Source of the DNA: Eledone cirrhosa
Taxonomy: Eukaryota
Reading direction: 5' to 3'
DNA length: 64,000 nucleotides
Assembly (NCBI GenBank): GCA_964016885.1
Contig: OZ024741.1
Location: forward strand, 25,854,001 to 25,918,000
Shown here: piece after piece, positions 28,201-41,610 of the stretch
Layout: each line of letters starts with the position of its first letter
Position numbering within the stretch: position 1 is the first letter of the stretch
The notes under the pieces: model-generated
The model's input: the letters and a program-made list of their open reading frames with translations, nothing else
The model's database searches: none
Told to the model about the DNA's origin: nothing
Translations under genes and position numbers: made by a program

Positions 28201-31200
28201 TAATTTCTGGAGTCCAGTATTGGTGTGTTCTATATACCAGGACTGGTGGACCAATACTGTCTATAATGACAACAATAGTATTGAATATATATAATTTCTG
28301 GAATCCAGTATTGGTACGTTCTATATACCAGGACTGGTGGACCAATACTGTCTATAATGACAACAATAGTATTGAATATATATAATTTCTGGATCAAGTA
28401 TTGGTATGTTCTATATACCAAGACTGGTGGACCAATACTGTCTATAATGACAACAATAGTATTGAATATATATAATTTCTGGAGTCCAGTATTGGTATGT
28501 TCTATATACCAGGACTGGTGGACCAATTCTGTCTATAATGACAACAATAGTATTGAATAAATACAATTTCTGGAGTCCAGTATTGGTATGTTCTATATAC
28601 CAGGACTGGTGGACCAATACTGTCTATAATGACAACAATAGTATTGAATATATATAATTTCTGGAGTCCAGTATTGGTATGTTCTATATACCAGGACTGG
28701 TGGACCAATACTGTCTATAATGACAACAATAGTATTGAATATATATAATTTCTGGAGTCCAGTATTGGTATGTTCTATATACCAGGACTGGTGGACCAAT
28801 ACTGTCTATAATGACAACAATAGTATTGAATATATACAATTTCTGGAGTCCAGTATTGGTATGTTCTATATACCAGGACTGGTGGACCAATACTGTCTAT
28901 AATGACAACAATAGTATTGAATATATATAATTTCTGGAGTCCAGTATTGGTATGTTCTATATACCAGGACTGGTGGACCAATACTGTCTATAATGACAAC
29001 AATAGTATTGAATATATATAATTTCTGGAGTCCAGTATTGGTATGTTCTATATACCAGGACTGGTGGACCAACACTGTCTATAATGACAACAATAGTATT
29101 GAATATATACAATTTCTGGAGTCCAGGATTGGTATGTTCTATATAGTAGGACTGGTGGACCAATACTGTCTATAATGACAACAATAGTATTGAATATATA
29201 TAATTTCTGGAGTCCAGTATTGGTATGTTTTATATACCAGGAATGGTGGACCAATACTGTCTATAATGACAACAATAGTATTGAATATATATAATTTCTG
29301 GAGTCCAGTATTGGTACGTTCTATATACCAGGACTGGTGGACCAATACTGTCTATAATGACAACAATAGTATTGAATATATATAATTTCTGGAGTCCAGT
29401 ATTGGTATGTTCTATATACCAGGACTGGTGGACCAATTCTGTCTATAATGACAACAATAGTATTGAATATATATAATTTCTGGAGTCCAGTATTGGTATA
29501 TTCTAGATACCAGGACTGGTGGACCAATACTGTCTATAATGACAACAATAGTATTGAATATATATAATTTCTGGAGTCAAGTGTTGGTATGTTTTATATA
29601 CCAGGACTGGTGGACCAATACTGTCTATAATGACAACAATAGTATTGAATATATATAATTTCTGGAGTCCAGTATTGGTATGTTCTATATACCATGAATG
29701 GTGGACCAATACTGTCTATAATGACAACAATAGTATTGAATATATACAGTACAATTTCTGGAGTCCAGCATTGGTATGTTCTATATACCAGGACTGGTGG
29801 ACCAATACTGTCTATAATGACAACAATAGTATTGAATATATATAATTTCTGGAGTCCAGTATTGGTGTGTTCTATATACCAGGACTGGTGGACCAATACT
29901 GTCTATAATGACAACAATAGTATTGAATATATATAATTTCTGGAATCCAGTATTGGTACGTTCTATATACCAGGACTGGTGGACCAATACTGTCTATAAT
30001 GACAACAATAGTATTGAATATATATAATTTCTGGATCAAGTATTGGTATGTTCTATATACCAAGACTGGTGGACCAATACTGTCTATAATGACAACAATA
30101 GTATTGAATATATATAATTTCTGGAGTCCAGTATTGGTATGTTCTATATACCAGGACTGGTGGACCAATTCTGTCTATAATGACAACAATAGTATTGAAT
30201 AAATACAATTTCTGGAGTCCAGTATTGGTATGTTCTATATACCAGGACTGGTGGACCAATACTGTCTATAATGACAACAATAGTATTGAATATATATAAT
30301 TTCTGGAGTCCAGTATTGGTATGTTCTATATACCAGGACTGGTGGACCAATACTGTCTATAATGACAACAATAGTATTGAATATATATAATTTCTGGAGT
30401 CCAGTATTGGTATGTTCTATATACCAGGACTGGTGGACCAATACTGTCTATAATGACAACAATAGTATTGAATATATACAATTTCTGGAGTCCAGTATTG
30501 GTATGTTCTATATACCAGGACTGGTGGACCAATACTGTCTATAATGACAACAATAGTATTGAATATATATAATTTCTGGAGTCCAGTATTGGTATGTTCT
30601 ATATACCAGGACTGGTGGACCAATACTGTCTATAATGACAACAATAGTATTGAATATATATAATTTCTGGAGTCCAGTATTGGTATGTTCTATATACCAG
30701 GACTGGTGGACCAACACTGTCTATAATGACAACAATAGTATTGAATATATACAATTTCTGGAGTCCAGGATTGGTATGTTCTATATAGTAGGACTGGTGG
30801 ACCAATACTGTCTATAATGACAACAATAGTATTGAATATATATAATTTCTGGAGTCCAGTATTGGTATGTTTTATATACCAGGAATGGTGGACCAATACT
30901 GTCTATAATGACAACAATAGTATTGAATATATATAATTTCTGGAGTCCAGTATTGGTACGTTCTATATACCAGGACTGGTGGACCAATACTGTCTATAAT
31001 GACAACAATAGTATTGAATATATATAATTTCTGGAGTCCAGTATTGGTATGTTCTATATACCAGGACTGGTGGACCAATTCTGTCTATAATGACAACAAT
31101 AGTATTGAATATATATAATTTCTGGAGTCCAGTATTGGTATATTCTAGATACCAGGACTGGTGGACCAATACTGTCTATAATGACAACAATAGTATTGAA

Positions 31201-34200
31201 TATATATAATTTCTGGAGTCAAGTGTTGGTATGTTTTATATACCAGGACTGGTGGACCAATACTGTCTATAATGACAACAATAGTATTGAATATATATAA
31301 TTTCTGGAGTCCAGTATTGGTATGTTCTATATACCATGAATGGTGGACCAATACTGTCTATAATGACAACAATAGTATTGAATATATACAGTACAATTTC
31401 TGGAGTCCAGCATTGGTATGTTCTATATACCAGGACTGGTGGACCAATACTGTCTATAATGACAACAATAGTATTGAATATATACAGTACAATTTCTGTA
31501 GTCCAGTATTGGTATGTTCTATATACCAGGACTGGTGGACCAATACTGTCTATAATGACAACAATAGTATTGAATATATATAATTTCTGGAATCCAGTAT
31601 TGGTACGTTCTATATACCAGGACTGGTGGACCAATACTGTCTATAATGACAACAATAGTATTGAATATATATAATTTCTGGATCAAGTATTGGTATGTTC
31701 TATATACCAAGACTGGTGGACCAATACTGTCTATAATGACAACAATAGTATTGAATATATATAATTTCTGGAGTCCAGTATTGGTATGTTCTATATACAA
31801 GGACTGGTGGACCAATTCTGTCTATAATGACAACAATAGTATTGAATATATACAATTTCTGGAGTCCAGTATTGGTATGTTCTATATACCAGGACTGGTG
31901 GACCAATACTGTCTATAATGACAACAATAATATTGAATATATACAATTTCTGGAGTCCAGTATTGGTATGTTCTATATACCAGGACTGGTGGACCAATAC
32001 TGTCTATAATGACAACAATAGTATTGATTATATATAATTTCTGGACTCCAGTATTGGTATGTTCTATATACTAGGACTGGTGGACCAATACTGTCTATAA
32101 TGACAACAATAGTATTGAATATATACAATTTCTGGAGTCCAGTATTGGTATGTTCTATATACCAGGACTGGTGGACCAATACTGTCTATAATGACAACAA
32201 TAGTATTGAATATATACAATTTCTGGAGTCCAGTATTGGTATGTTCTATATACCAGGACTGGTGGACCAATACTGTCTATAATGACAACAATAGTATTGA
32301 ATATATATAATTTCTGGAGTCCAGTATTGGTATGTTCTATATACCAGGACTGGTGGACCAATACTGTCTATAATGACAACAATAGTATTGAATATATACA
32401 ATTTCTGGAGTCCAGTATTGGTATGTTCTATATACCAGGAATGGTGGACCAATACTGTCTATAATGACAACAATAGTATTGAATATATACAATTTCTGGA
32501 GTCCAGTATTGGTATGTTCTATATACCAAGACTGGTGGACCAACACTGTCTATAAAGACAACAATAGTATTGAATATATATAATTTCTGGATCAAGTATT
32601 GGTATGTTCTATATACCAGGACTGGTGGACCAATACTGTCTATAATGACAACAATAGTATTGAATATATATAATTTCTGGAGTCCAGTATTGGTATGTTC
32701 TATATACCAGGACTGGTGGACCAATACTGTCTATAATGACAACAATAGTATTGAATATATACAATTTCTGGAGTCCAGTATTGGTATGTTCTATATACCA
32801 GGACTGGTGGACCAATACTGTCTATAATGACAACAATAGTATTGAATATATACAATTTCTGGAGTCCAGTATTGGTATGTTCTATATACCAGGACTGGTG
32901 GACCAATACTGTCTATAATGACAACAATAGTATTGAATATATACAATTTCTGGAGTCCAGTATTGGTATGTTCTATATACCAGGAATGGTGGACCAATAT
33001 TGTCTATAATGACAACAATAGTATTGAATATATATAATTTCTGGAGTCCAGTATTGGTATGTTCTATATACCAGGACTGGTGGACCAATATTGTCTATAA
33101 TGACAACAATAGTATTGAATATATATAATTTCTGGAGTCCAGTATTGGTATGTTCTATATACCAGGAATGGTGGACCAATATTGTCTATAATGACAACAA
33201 TAGTATTGAATATATATAATTTCTGGAGTCCAGTATTGGTATGTTCTATATACCAGGAATGGTGGACCAATATTGTCTATAATGACAACAATAGTATTGA
33301 ATATATATAATTTCTGGAGTCCAGGATTGGTATGTTCTATATACCAGGAATGGTGGACCAATATTGTCTATAATGACAACAATAGTATAGAATATATATA
33401 ATTTCTGGAGTCCAGTATTGGTATGTTCTATATACCAGAACTGGTGGACCAATACTGTCTATAATGACAACAATAGTATTGAATATATACAGTACAATTT
33501 CTGTAGTCCACTATTGGTATGTTCTATATACCAAGACTGGTGGACCAATACTGTCTATAATGACAACAATAGTATTGAATATATACAATTTCTGGAGTCC
33601 ACTATTGGTATGTTCTATATACCAAGACTGGTGGACCAATACTGTCTATAATGACAACAATAGTATTGAATATATAATTTCTGGAGTCCAGTATTGGTAT
33701 GTTCTATATACCAAGACTGGTGGACCAATACTGTCTATAATGACAACAATAGTATTGAATATATACAATTTCTGGAGTCCACTATTGGTATGTTCTATAT
33801 ACCAAGACTGGTGGACCAATACTGTCTATAATGACAACAATAGTATTGAATATATACAATTTCTGGAGTCCACTATTGGTATGTTCTATATACCAAGACT
33901 GGTGGACCAATACTGTCTATAATGACAACAATAGTATTGAATATATACAGTACAATTTCTGTAGTCCACTATTGGTATGTTCTATATACCAAGACTGGTG
34001 GACCAATACTGTCTATAATGACAACAATAGTATTGAATATATACAGTACAATTTCTGTAGTCCACTATTGGTATGTTCTATATACCAAGACTGGTGGACC
34101 AATACTGTCTATAATGACAACAATAGTATTGAATATATACAATTTCTGGAGTCCACTATTGGTATGTTCTATATACCAAGACTGGTGGACCAATACTGTC

Positions 34201-35935
34201 TATAATGACAACAATAGTATTGAATATATAATTTCTGGAGTCCAGTATTGGTATGTTCTATATACCAAGACTGGTGGACCAATACTGTCTATAATGACAA
34301 CAATAGTATTGAATATATACAATTTCTGGAGTCCACTATTGGTATGTTCTATATACCAAGACTGGTGGACCAATACTGTCTATAATGACAACAATAGTAT
34401 TGAATATATACAATTTCTGGAGTCCACTATTGGTATGTTCTATATACCAAGACTGGTGGACCAATACTGTCTATAATGACAACAATAGTATTGAATATAT
34501 ACAATTTCTGGAGTCCACTATTGGTATGTTCTATATACCAAGACTGGTGGACCAATACTGTCTATAATGACAACAATAGTATTGAATATATACAATTTCT
34601 GGAGTCCACTATTGGTATGTTCTATATACCAAGACTGGTGGACCAATACTGTCTATAATGACAACAATAGTATTGAATATATACAATTTCTGGAGTCCAG
34701 TATTGGTATGTTCTATATACCAAGACTGGTGGACCAATACTGTCTATAATGACAACAATAGTATTGAATATATACAATTTCTGGAGTCCACTATTGGTAT
34801 GTTCTATATACCAAGACTGGTGGACCAATACTGTCTATAATGACAACAATAGTATTGAATATATACAATTTCTGGAGTCCACTATTGGTATGTTCTATAT
34901 ACCAAGACTGGTGGACCAATACTGTCTATAATGACAACAATAGTATTGAATATATACAATTTCTGGAGTCCACTATTGGTATGTTCTATATACCAAGACT
35001 GGTGGACCAATACTGTCTATAATGACAACAATAGTATTGAATATATACAATTTCTGGAGTCCAGTATTGGCATGTTCTATATACCAGGACTGGCGGACCA
35101 ATACTGTCTATATTGACAACAATTGTATTGAATATATATAATTTCTGGAGTCCAGTATTGGTATGTTCTATATACCAGGACTGGTGGACCAATACTGTCT
35201 ATAATGACAACAATAGTATTGAATATATACAATTTCTGGAGTCCAGTATTGGCATGTTCTATATACCAGGACTGGTGGACCAATACTGTCTATGTTGACA
35301 ACAATTGTATTGAATATATATAATTTCTGGAGTCCAGTATTGGTATGTTCTATAGAGCAGGACTGGTGGACCAATACTGTCTATATTGACAACAATTGTA
35401 TTGAATATATATAATTTCTGGAGTCCAGTATTGGCATGTTCTATATACCAGGACTGGTGGACCAATACTGTCTATAATGACAACAATAGTATTGAATATA
35501 TACAATTTCTGGAGTCCAGTATTGGTATGTTCTATATACCAGGACTGGTGGACCAATACTGTCTATAATGACAACAATAGTATTGAATATATACAATTTC
35601 TGGAGTCCAGTATTGGTATGTTCCATATACCAGGACTGGTGGACCAATACTGTCTATAATGACAACAATAGTATTGAATATATATAATTTCTGGAGTCCA
35701 GTATTGGTATGTTCTATATACCAGGACTGGTGGACCAATACTGTCTATAATGACAACAATAGTATTGAATATATATAATTTCTGGAGTCCAGTATTGGTA
35801 TGTTCTATATACCAGGACTGGTGGACCAATACTGTCTATAATGACAACAATTGTATTGAATATATATAATTTCTGGATCAAGTATTGGTATGTTCCATAT
35901 ACCAGGACTGGTGGACCAATACTGTCTATAATGCT
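16288..35935. repeat. 91-bp satellite array (~19.6 kb, ~210-215 units; 89/90/96-bp variants)
   Basis: Consensus GGACCAATACTGTCTATAATGACAACAATAGTATTGAATATATATAATTTCTGGAGTCCAGTATTGGTATGTTCTATATACCAGGACTGGT; the ORF track recurs every 91 bp. Confidence 0.97.
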
Positions 35936-36328
35936 TTCTTGGTATGTTCTATATTCCTAGATTACTGGATATGTGAACAATCATACAAACTGAGGAATTT
36001 ACATTTTGGTTAATTAATGATTTGCATAAGAGAAGCCCTATAGTTTATCTTGATAACTGATACATGGAAGTGATTAAAGATAAAAATGATATTTTAGTAA
36101 TTCATTTCTGAGATATAATTGTATAAATGTCAAACAGGATTAAATGTATGGGTAACTTTGGAGAAATAACTATAGGGACAAATGTAGGGTTAGTAACCAT
36201 GACATTGTGAGAGGAAAAGGAACTTATTGTAGCAACATAACTGACATAGGAAATGCAGTGTGTGTGTGTGTGTAAATTTTAAAATTACTGTCAGAAATAT
36301 ATATATAAACACATGTGGTGTATTACTT

Positions 36329-36399
<71 letters not shown>

Positions 36400-36591
36400 G
36401 TCAGTGTTAGGAAGGGCATGCAACGAGGGTATTAATGCCAAAATAATTATGAGCACAGCAACAAAAAAAAAATATATATATATATACATCATCATCATCG
36501 TTTTCATGTCTGCTTCTCCATGCTTGTATTCATATATATTTATTATTTATTAATTATCTTTTTTCCTGTACCTTTCCAACGGAATTACTTT

Positions 36592-36645
<54 letters not shown>

Positions 36646-37372
36646 ACACACACACAATGACCCTTTGTGCTTAACTCCTTAGCTAAGATTAAATGATTAA
36701 ATCAGATTATATAGGCCTATGTCCTCCCACAATAGACTTTTACTTATAATATAGGCCAACCAAGAAAGATTGAGACACAGAAAATAAAAAAATTAGCCCC
36801 CCCCCCCCCTCCCAACAACAACAAGGTACCTACCTAAAGTGATAAATAATAATTTAATCCGGTTGCGGGGGGGGGGGGTGATAGATGGGTAGGAAATGAT
36901 TTTTAAAAGATTTGAAAAACAGAATCTGGAAGAAGCTCCAGAGGGAGGGAGAGAGAGACGGTGAAAGGGAGAGAGAGAGTGTGAAAGAGGGAGAGAAGGT
37001 GAAAGAGAGAGAGAGAAGGTGAAAGGGAGAGAGTGAAAGAGTGTGAGAGAGAGAGATGTTTTCCTAATTTATAGTTGAGTGGTTGAAGTTATCTATTTTT
37101 AGGTGTAGACATGGTGGGTGTGAGTTGTCCTAATTTAGAGGATGGCAGTTGTTGTTGTTCTAGATTGAAGGAGCTTTATTAGAAGTGTGGGGGGAGGGGG
37201 GTTAGCCTCCACCACCATCAGAGATAACCAGTGGAACTCTTTCTTATCAGCAGGGATCATTATCATCACTGATTGATTATAAACAGTTGTTGTTGGTGGT
37301 GGCGGCTGGCAAATTTGGAAATACTGAACCCACTATGAAAGATGCCTAAATGCTGATGTCACTGCTTAATTG

Positions 37373-37411
<39 letters not shown>

Positions 37412-37448
37412 ATTAAATAAATGGAAACTATATTTATAAAACCATATT

Positions 37449-37514
37449 TATTTCATTATATATATTTCAGGGATATCATATTAACAATATGCTATGCCTT
37501 CCTCAGACAAAATA
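37449..37514 (-). ncRNA. Type I hammerhead ribozyme in the 3' pLTR (element-sense copy)
   Basis: Exact reverse complement of the 41545-41610 motif. Confidence 0.78.
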
Positions 37515-38858
37515 CAATATAAACAGTTTTATAGATAAATAGATTCGACATACCGTAACAACATCGACTTGTTTTTGAAAAGGTTGATTTGGCAGTGAAA
37601 AAATTGTACACAGAGAGAAAGAAAGAGAGAAAAAAAAAGAAAGAAAGACAGAAAACGAAGAAAAAGAAGAAAAAGAAGAAATGCATGGAACAAAATAGAG
37701 AGATGGAAAGATAGATAAAGAGAAGAACTTCATGTAAAGAAACAGAAAGAGATATATATATATAGAGAGAGAGGAAATAGAGATAGATACATATATATAG
37801 AAAATTAGGTAGTGGGACGTCTGTTGAGTAAACGTATCAATGATACATTTATTTATTTATTTATTTATTTATTTAGCTCTAGTATTAATGTAAGGGAGAT
37901 ATATATAGAGAGAAAAAATATATAGAGAGAAAAAATATAGAGAGAGAAAAAATTTAAAAATACCCAGATATAGGCGAGGCGTAAAAAACCCTATGTTTTA
38001 ATGTAGAGGTATTAGTATTTATAAAAACCAGCCACTATATTGTAAATATCAGTATTCCTGAATGAGACAAGTATCCATAATGTGTGAAAATTAATGATCT
38101 TATGTTTAGTTTTTTAAAAAAATTCATATGTTTATGTGATAGCTACAAACATCCATGTGAATCTACATGATCAACTCTGCAAACCCTAAGCTCACGGAAA
38201 ACATTCTCAATGTGGTATAAAAATTTAAGTATACATATATGTGTATTACTATTCCTGTCTTTACTCTACAAGATTATCTATCAAGCAGAAATATAGAGCA
38301 GATTTCAATATACTAATAAAAATATATATCAGAAACAAAACTAAAAAAAATAACAATAATAATAATAAGTAATAATAAAATAGAAAACTAAAAAATAGAA
38401 AACTAAAAAATATTACGAAATATTACGAAATATTACATATTAAAAATTTACATATTAAAAATATTAAAAATAAAAATATTAGAAAATACTACAATAATAA
38501 AAATAAACCACAAAGATCAACCCTTCAAAATTAATTGACAATATATTGCCAAGTTCATTATAAGCATCAGAGTCGAAAAACAGATAAAGCCAAAAATTAT
38601 CTATCAAATCACATCTAGCAAAGATCATTTCAAAAAGTTTAGGATGCCCAATTTGGTCTACATGTGTTCTTATATTTAATATAGAAGTTTATCTAGTGTA
38701 ACGTTTATTCGAAATATTTGGAGCATCAGCTTTTAGGGTAGCTTAATTTTTCATGAGGAATGTTTAAATAAAAATAAAATAAAATAAAAAGAATAAAAAG
38801 AAGGAATCAAAGATTTATCGGCTAGTTTCCCATATAATTATAAATCAAACTAAATATA

Positions 38859-41073
38859 CTACATTTTAAATTTAAATTTATATTTAAACGTTGAGTTTAA
38901 TCTATGTTTGCAACAACTGAATAAATTTGTCCGTAGATTAAGGGAATTTTTAGATTTTAGTATAAAGAATATCTCCTCTGCGCAGAGGTCACATGTCTCA
39001 GAGGATGAATTAAAAGGAATCCCTCTTGAGACTATATTCCAAGCCGTCGAATATCTAACGTTATCTAGCTTAAGTTGCCAGAGTACGCCTGATAGTGCCG
39101 TTGAAGATTTTTTGCTTGGATCTGTGAAAGAATTCTTGTGGTTATTATAGCGAAGTTTAAATTCCGTCGATGTGGAACCGACGTAGTTAAAAGAATTAGA
39201 GTCAGTATTAACATTACAATTGTATACTATATTTTTAACTAAGCAGTTGTTATTTAACGGACATTTAGATCTATCTCTACAGTTACATTTGTTAACTTGT
39301 ATATTATTTATGCTATTATCACTAGGTTTTAAGTTCCTATTATTTATTCTATTAATATTTTGTGCTAAATTTTTGGTGGATGAGTAGGTTAATTTTTATT
39401 GTATGTCTATTGAAAATTGAGTGATACCTATGTGTTCTAGGGAAGCGATTATCAAGAGCTTTGAAAAATAGTTTAGCGATGTGGGTTTTAATGTTTAGTG
39501 AGAAAGGGGGGGGGGCAAACCAAATTATGTTCCTAGTTCTATTTCTTTTTTGGCCTTTGGAATTATTGTAATGCTTTCTATTATAGTTGTTAAGGTTGTT
39601 GCCGTAATTAAAAAAGTTGTTACTTTGTTTAGTTTGTCTATCATTATCTATGTACACAATCTTATCAGAATATCCTGCTCTAGCTAATGCTTCATTATAG
39701 TATTGGGCTTTTTCGTCGAAAATCTTTCTATTCGACGAGATCCTAGAGATACGTTTTTGAACAGAGTTTACTATAGTGTTTTTGACAGATCTGGGGTGGT
39801 TAGAGTTAAAGTTGACATAGTTTAAGTTTTCATTCAACTTGTGAAAAGGATAGTGAAGACATGTGTTGAGATTTAATGTTATATCTAGGAAATTGACTAT
39901 TCTATGGTTGTTCTCAATTTCTATTTTAAGATTAAAGTAATTAAAAAATTGTGTAATTTGTTTACATTTTCTATTTAGTTCAGAGTTATTATTATCAATA
40001 AGTAAAAGCATGTCATCTCTATATAAACCTCCGGTAGTACCAGGTATTTTCCTATGTAGCGAATTGATTAAAAATAAGCCCACAAGGTCAGTTACCTGAG
40101 CTGAGTCGGATGATCCCATAGTTATGTCAAAATTGCTATCTCTATCTGCTCTGGTCCATAGTTGGTCATTAATTTCTATCAAAGTTTTCCTAGCCGATAA
40201 TATAATATGCATTTCATTGCTAGTTAGGTCAGTATGTTTGAATGCGTAATTTAGTGCCTTATTTAGTAGATTAGGGGTAATAGAAGAATAATAGTTAGCT
40301 ATATCAAGTTGAATAAACTTATCATTATTGTTATATTTAATTTGCTTAAACCACTCAACAACCTCTCCAGTTCCCTTCCACAAGCTCAGGTTAGATAAAC
40401 AATCCAAGTTCTTAATTTGCTGTATCACCCTGTCAAGAATGTTTTTGCTTAATTTGCCCAGGTCCGATTTTGATGGTGCGATCAATCTAACTGGCAGGTC
40501 ATTTTCAAAATTCCTCTTGTGATCTTTCATATTGATCTTCGGTTTCCTGGGCACGAAAGGTTGTGTTCTGTTCTCAATTTCCAACTCGTGCATTATACAA
40601 GATGCTTCGACATTCATTTTCTCAAGTTCGGCCTTATCTGCTACCTTGTACTTTTTCCTCAGCTCTTTCAGTATGAGGCCATTATACATGTCTTTCTGCA
40701 CTCCATAGAGGTTGTTGGTCTTGTCAGATTTCACCAAGATCTCAGTTTTCTCTAAGCTCTCAATGTTATCCTTAATGCCTTTCAGATATTCCTGGCCTTT
40801 GAAGTTTCTCTTGAATTTGACCCCTTGTATGATAGAAATTATATCGTTTTCAAAGTCAGATAAAAGTTTGTTAGGGGGTGGATTTCTTTTAGATTTGAAA
40901 ACTTTGTTTAAGTCCGAGACATTTTCGTTTGTATTAGATTTATCAAAGTGGAATGCTCGCCACCTGATTCTCCTTATAAAAGAGTCAGATTTATCTATTA
41001 ATTGTTTTATAAAGTCTTTGTTTCTAGGTAGAGGTATGTCTTTTAAAGAGGAAGTAATCTTAAAGAATTCCAT
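38859..41073 (-). CDS. Penelope-like RT-GIY-YIG polyprotein (~737 aa after removing one extra A near 39392-39397)
   Basis: RT motifs KSDKT, KDHK..P.RLI.P, QLDIANYYSSI, FDITMGS.DSAQ..DLVG, GLYRDD, NFLDITL, SNHP. My manual translation past the frameshift gives IKLTYSSTKNL..KCNCRDRSKCPLNNNCLVKNIVY..NYVGSTSTEFKLRYNNHK..STALS..W..TCDLCAEE..LNLRTNLFSCCKHR..* (TAG ends 38859). Confidence 0.9.
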
Positions 41074-41544
41074 TTTTCCAGTTAAAATATAAAGCGCTCA
41101 ACAGTATTGGAGCAAGATACATGGAAAGTTATATTTAAATTGTTGGGTTACAACTAGTAAATATTTATATCTCCCTTACATTAATACTAGAGCTAAATAA
41201 ATAAATAAATAAATGTATCATTGATACGTTTACTCAACAGACGTCCCACTACCTAATTTTCTATATATATGTATCTATCTCTATTTCCTCTCTCTCTATA
41301 TATATATATCTCTTTCTGTTTCTTTACATGAAGTTCTTCTCTTTATCTATCTTTCCATCTCTCTATTTTGTTCCATGCATTTCTTCTTTTTCTTCTTTTT
41401 CTTCGTTTTCTGTCTTTCTTTCTTTTTTTCTCTCTTTCTTTCTCTCTGTGTACAATTTTTTCACTGCCAAATCAACCTTTTCAAAAACAAGTCGATGTTG
41501 TTACGGTATGTCGAATCTATTTATCTATAAAACTGTTTATATTG

Positions 41545-41610
41545 TATTTTGTCTGAGGAAGGCATAGCATATTGTTAATATGATATCCCTGAAATATATA
41601 TAATGAAATA
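41545..41610 (+). ncRNA. Type I hammerhead ribozyme in the inverted pLTR
   Basis: Stem I UAUUUUGU/AUGAAAUA (2 G-U pairs), core CUGAGGA (41553-41559), stem II AGG/CCU + AUA/UAU + CAUAUU/AAUAUG, GAAA (41591-41594), palindromic UAUAUA stem III. Predicted cleavage after AUA (41602). Confidence 0.78.

Noticed and set aside
16185-35829. Hundreds of 60-199 aa ORFs (MVHQSWYIEH..., MTTIVLNIY...)
   Set aside because: These are translations of the 91-bp satellite. The unit is not a multiple of 3 and there is no coding signature.
16288-35935. CRISPR-like array
   Set aside because: There are no unique spacers and no cas genes; the units are contiguous near-identical monomers in eukaryotic DNA. The same applies to the 34-bp and 65-bp arrays.
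38560-38735. Minus-strand CTGATGC motifs as further hammerheads
   Set aside because: The core is CUGAUGC rather than CUGANGA, with no matching stem II/GAAA arrangement.
37904-38858. SECIS element / selenoprotein Naiad
   Set aside because: The reconstructed ORF has no in-frame UGA and ends in TAG, and I saw no convincing SECIS fold by eye.
38908-39150. 80-aa plus-strand ORF MQQLNKFVRR...
   Set aside because: It is the antisense shadow of the GIY-YIG domain on the minus strand.
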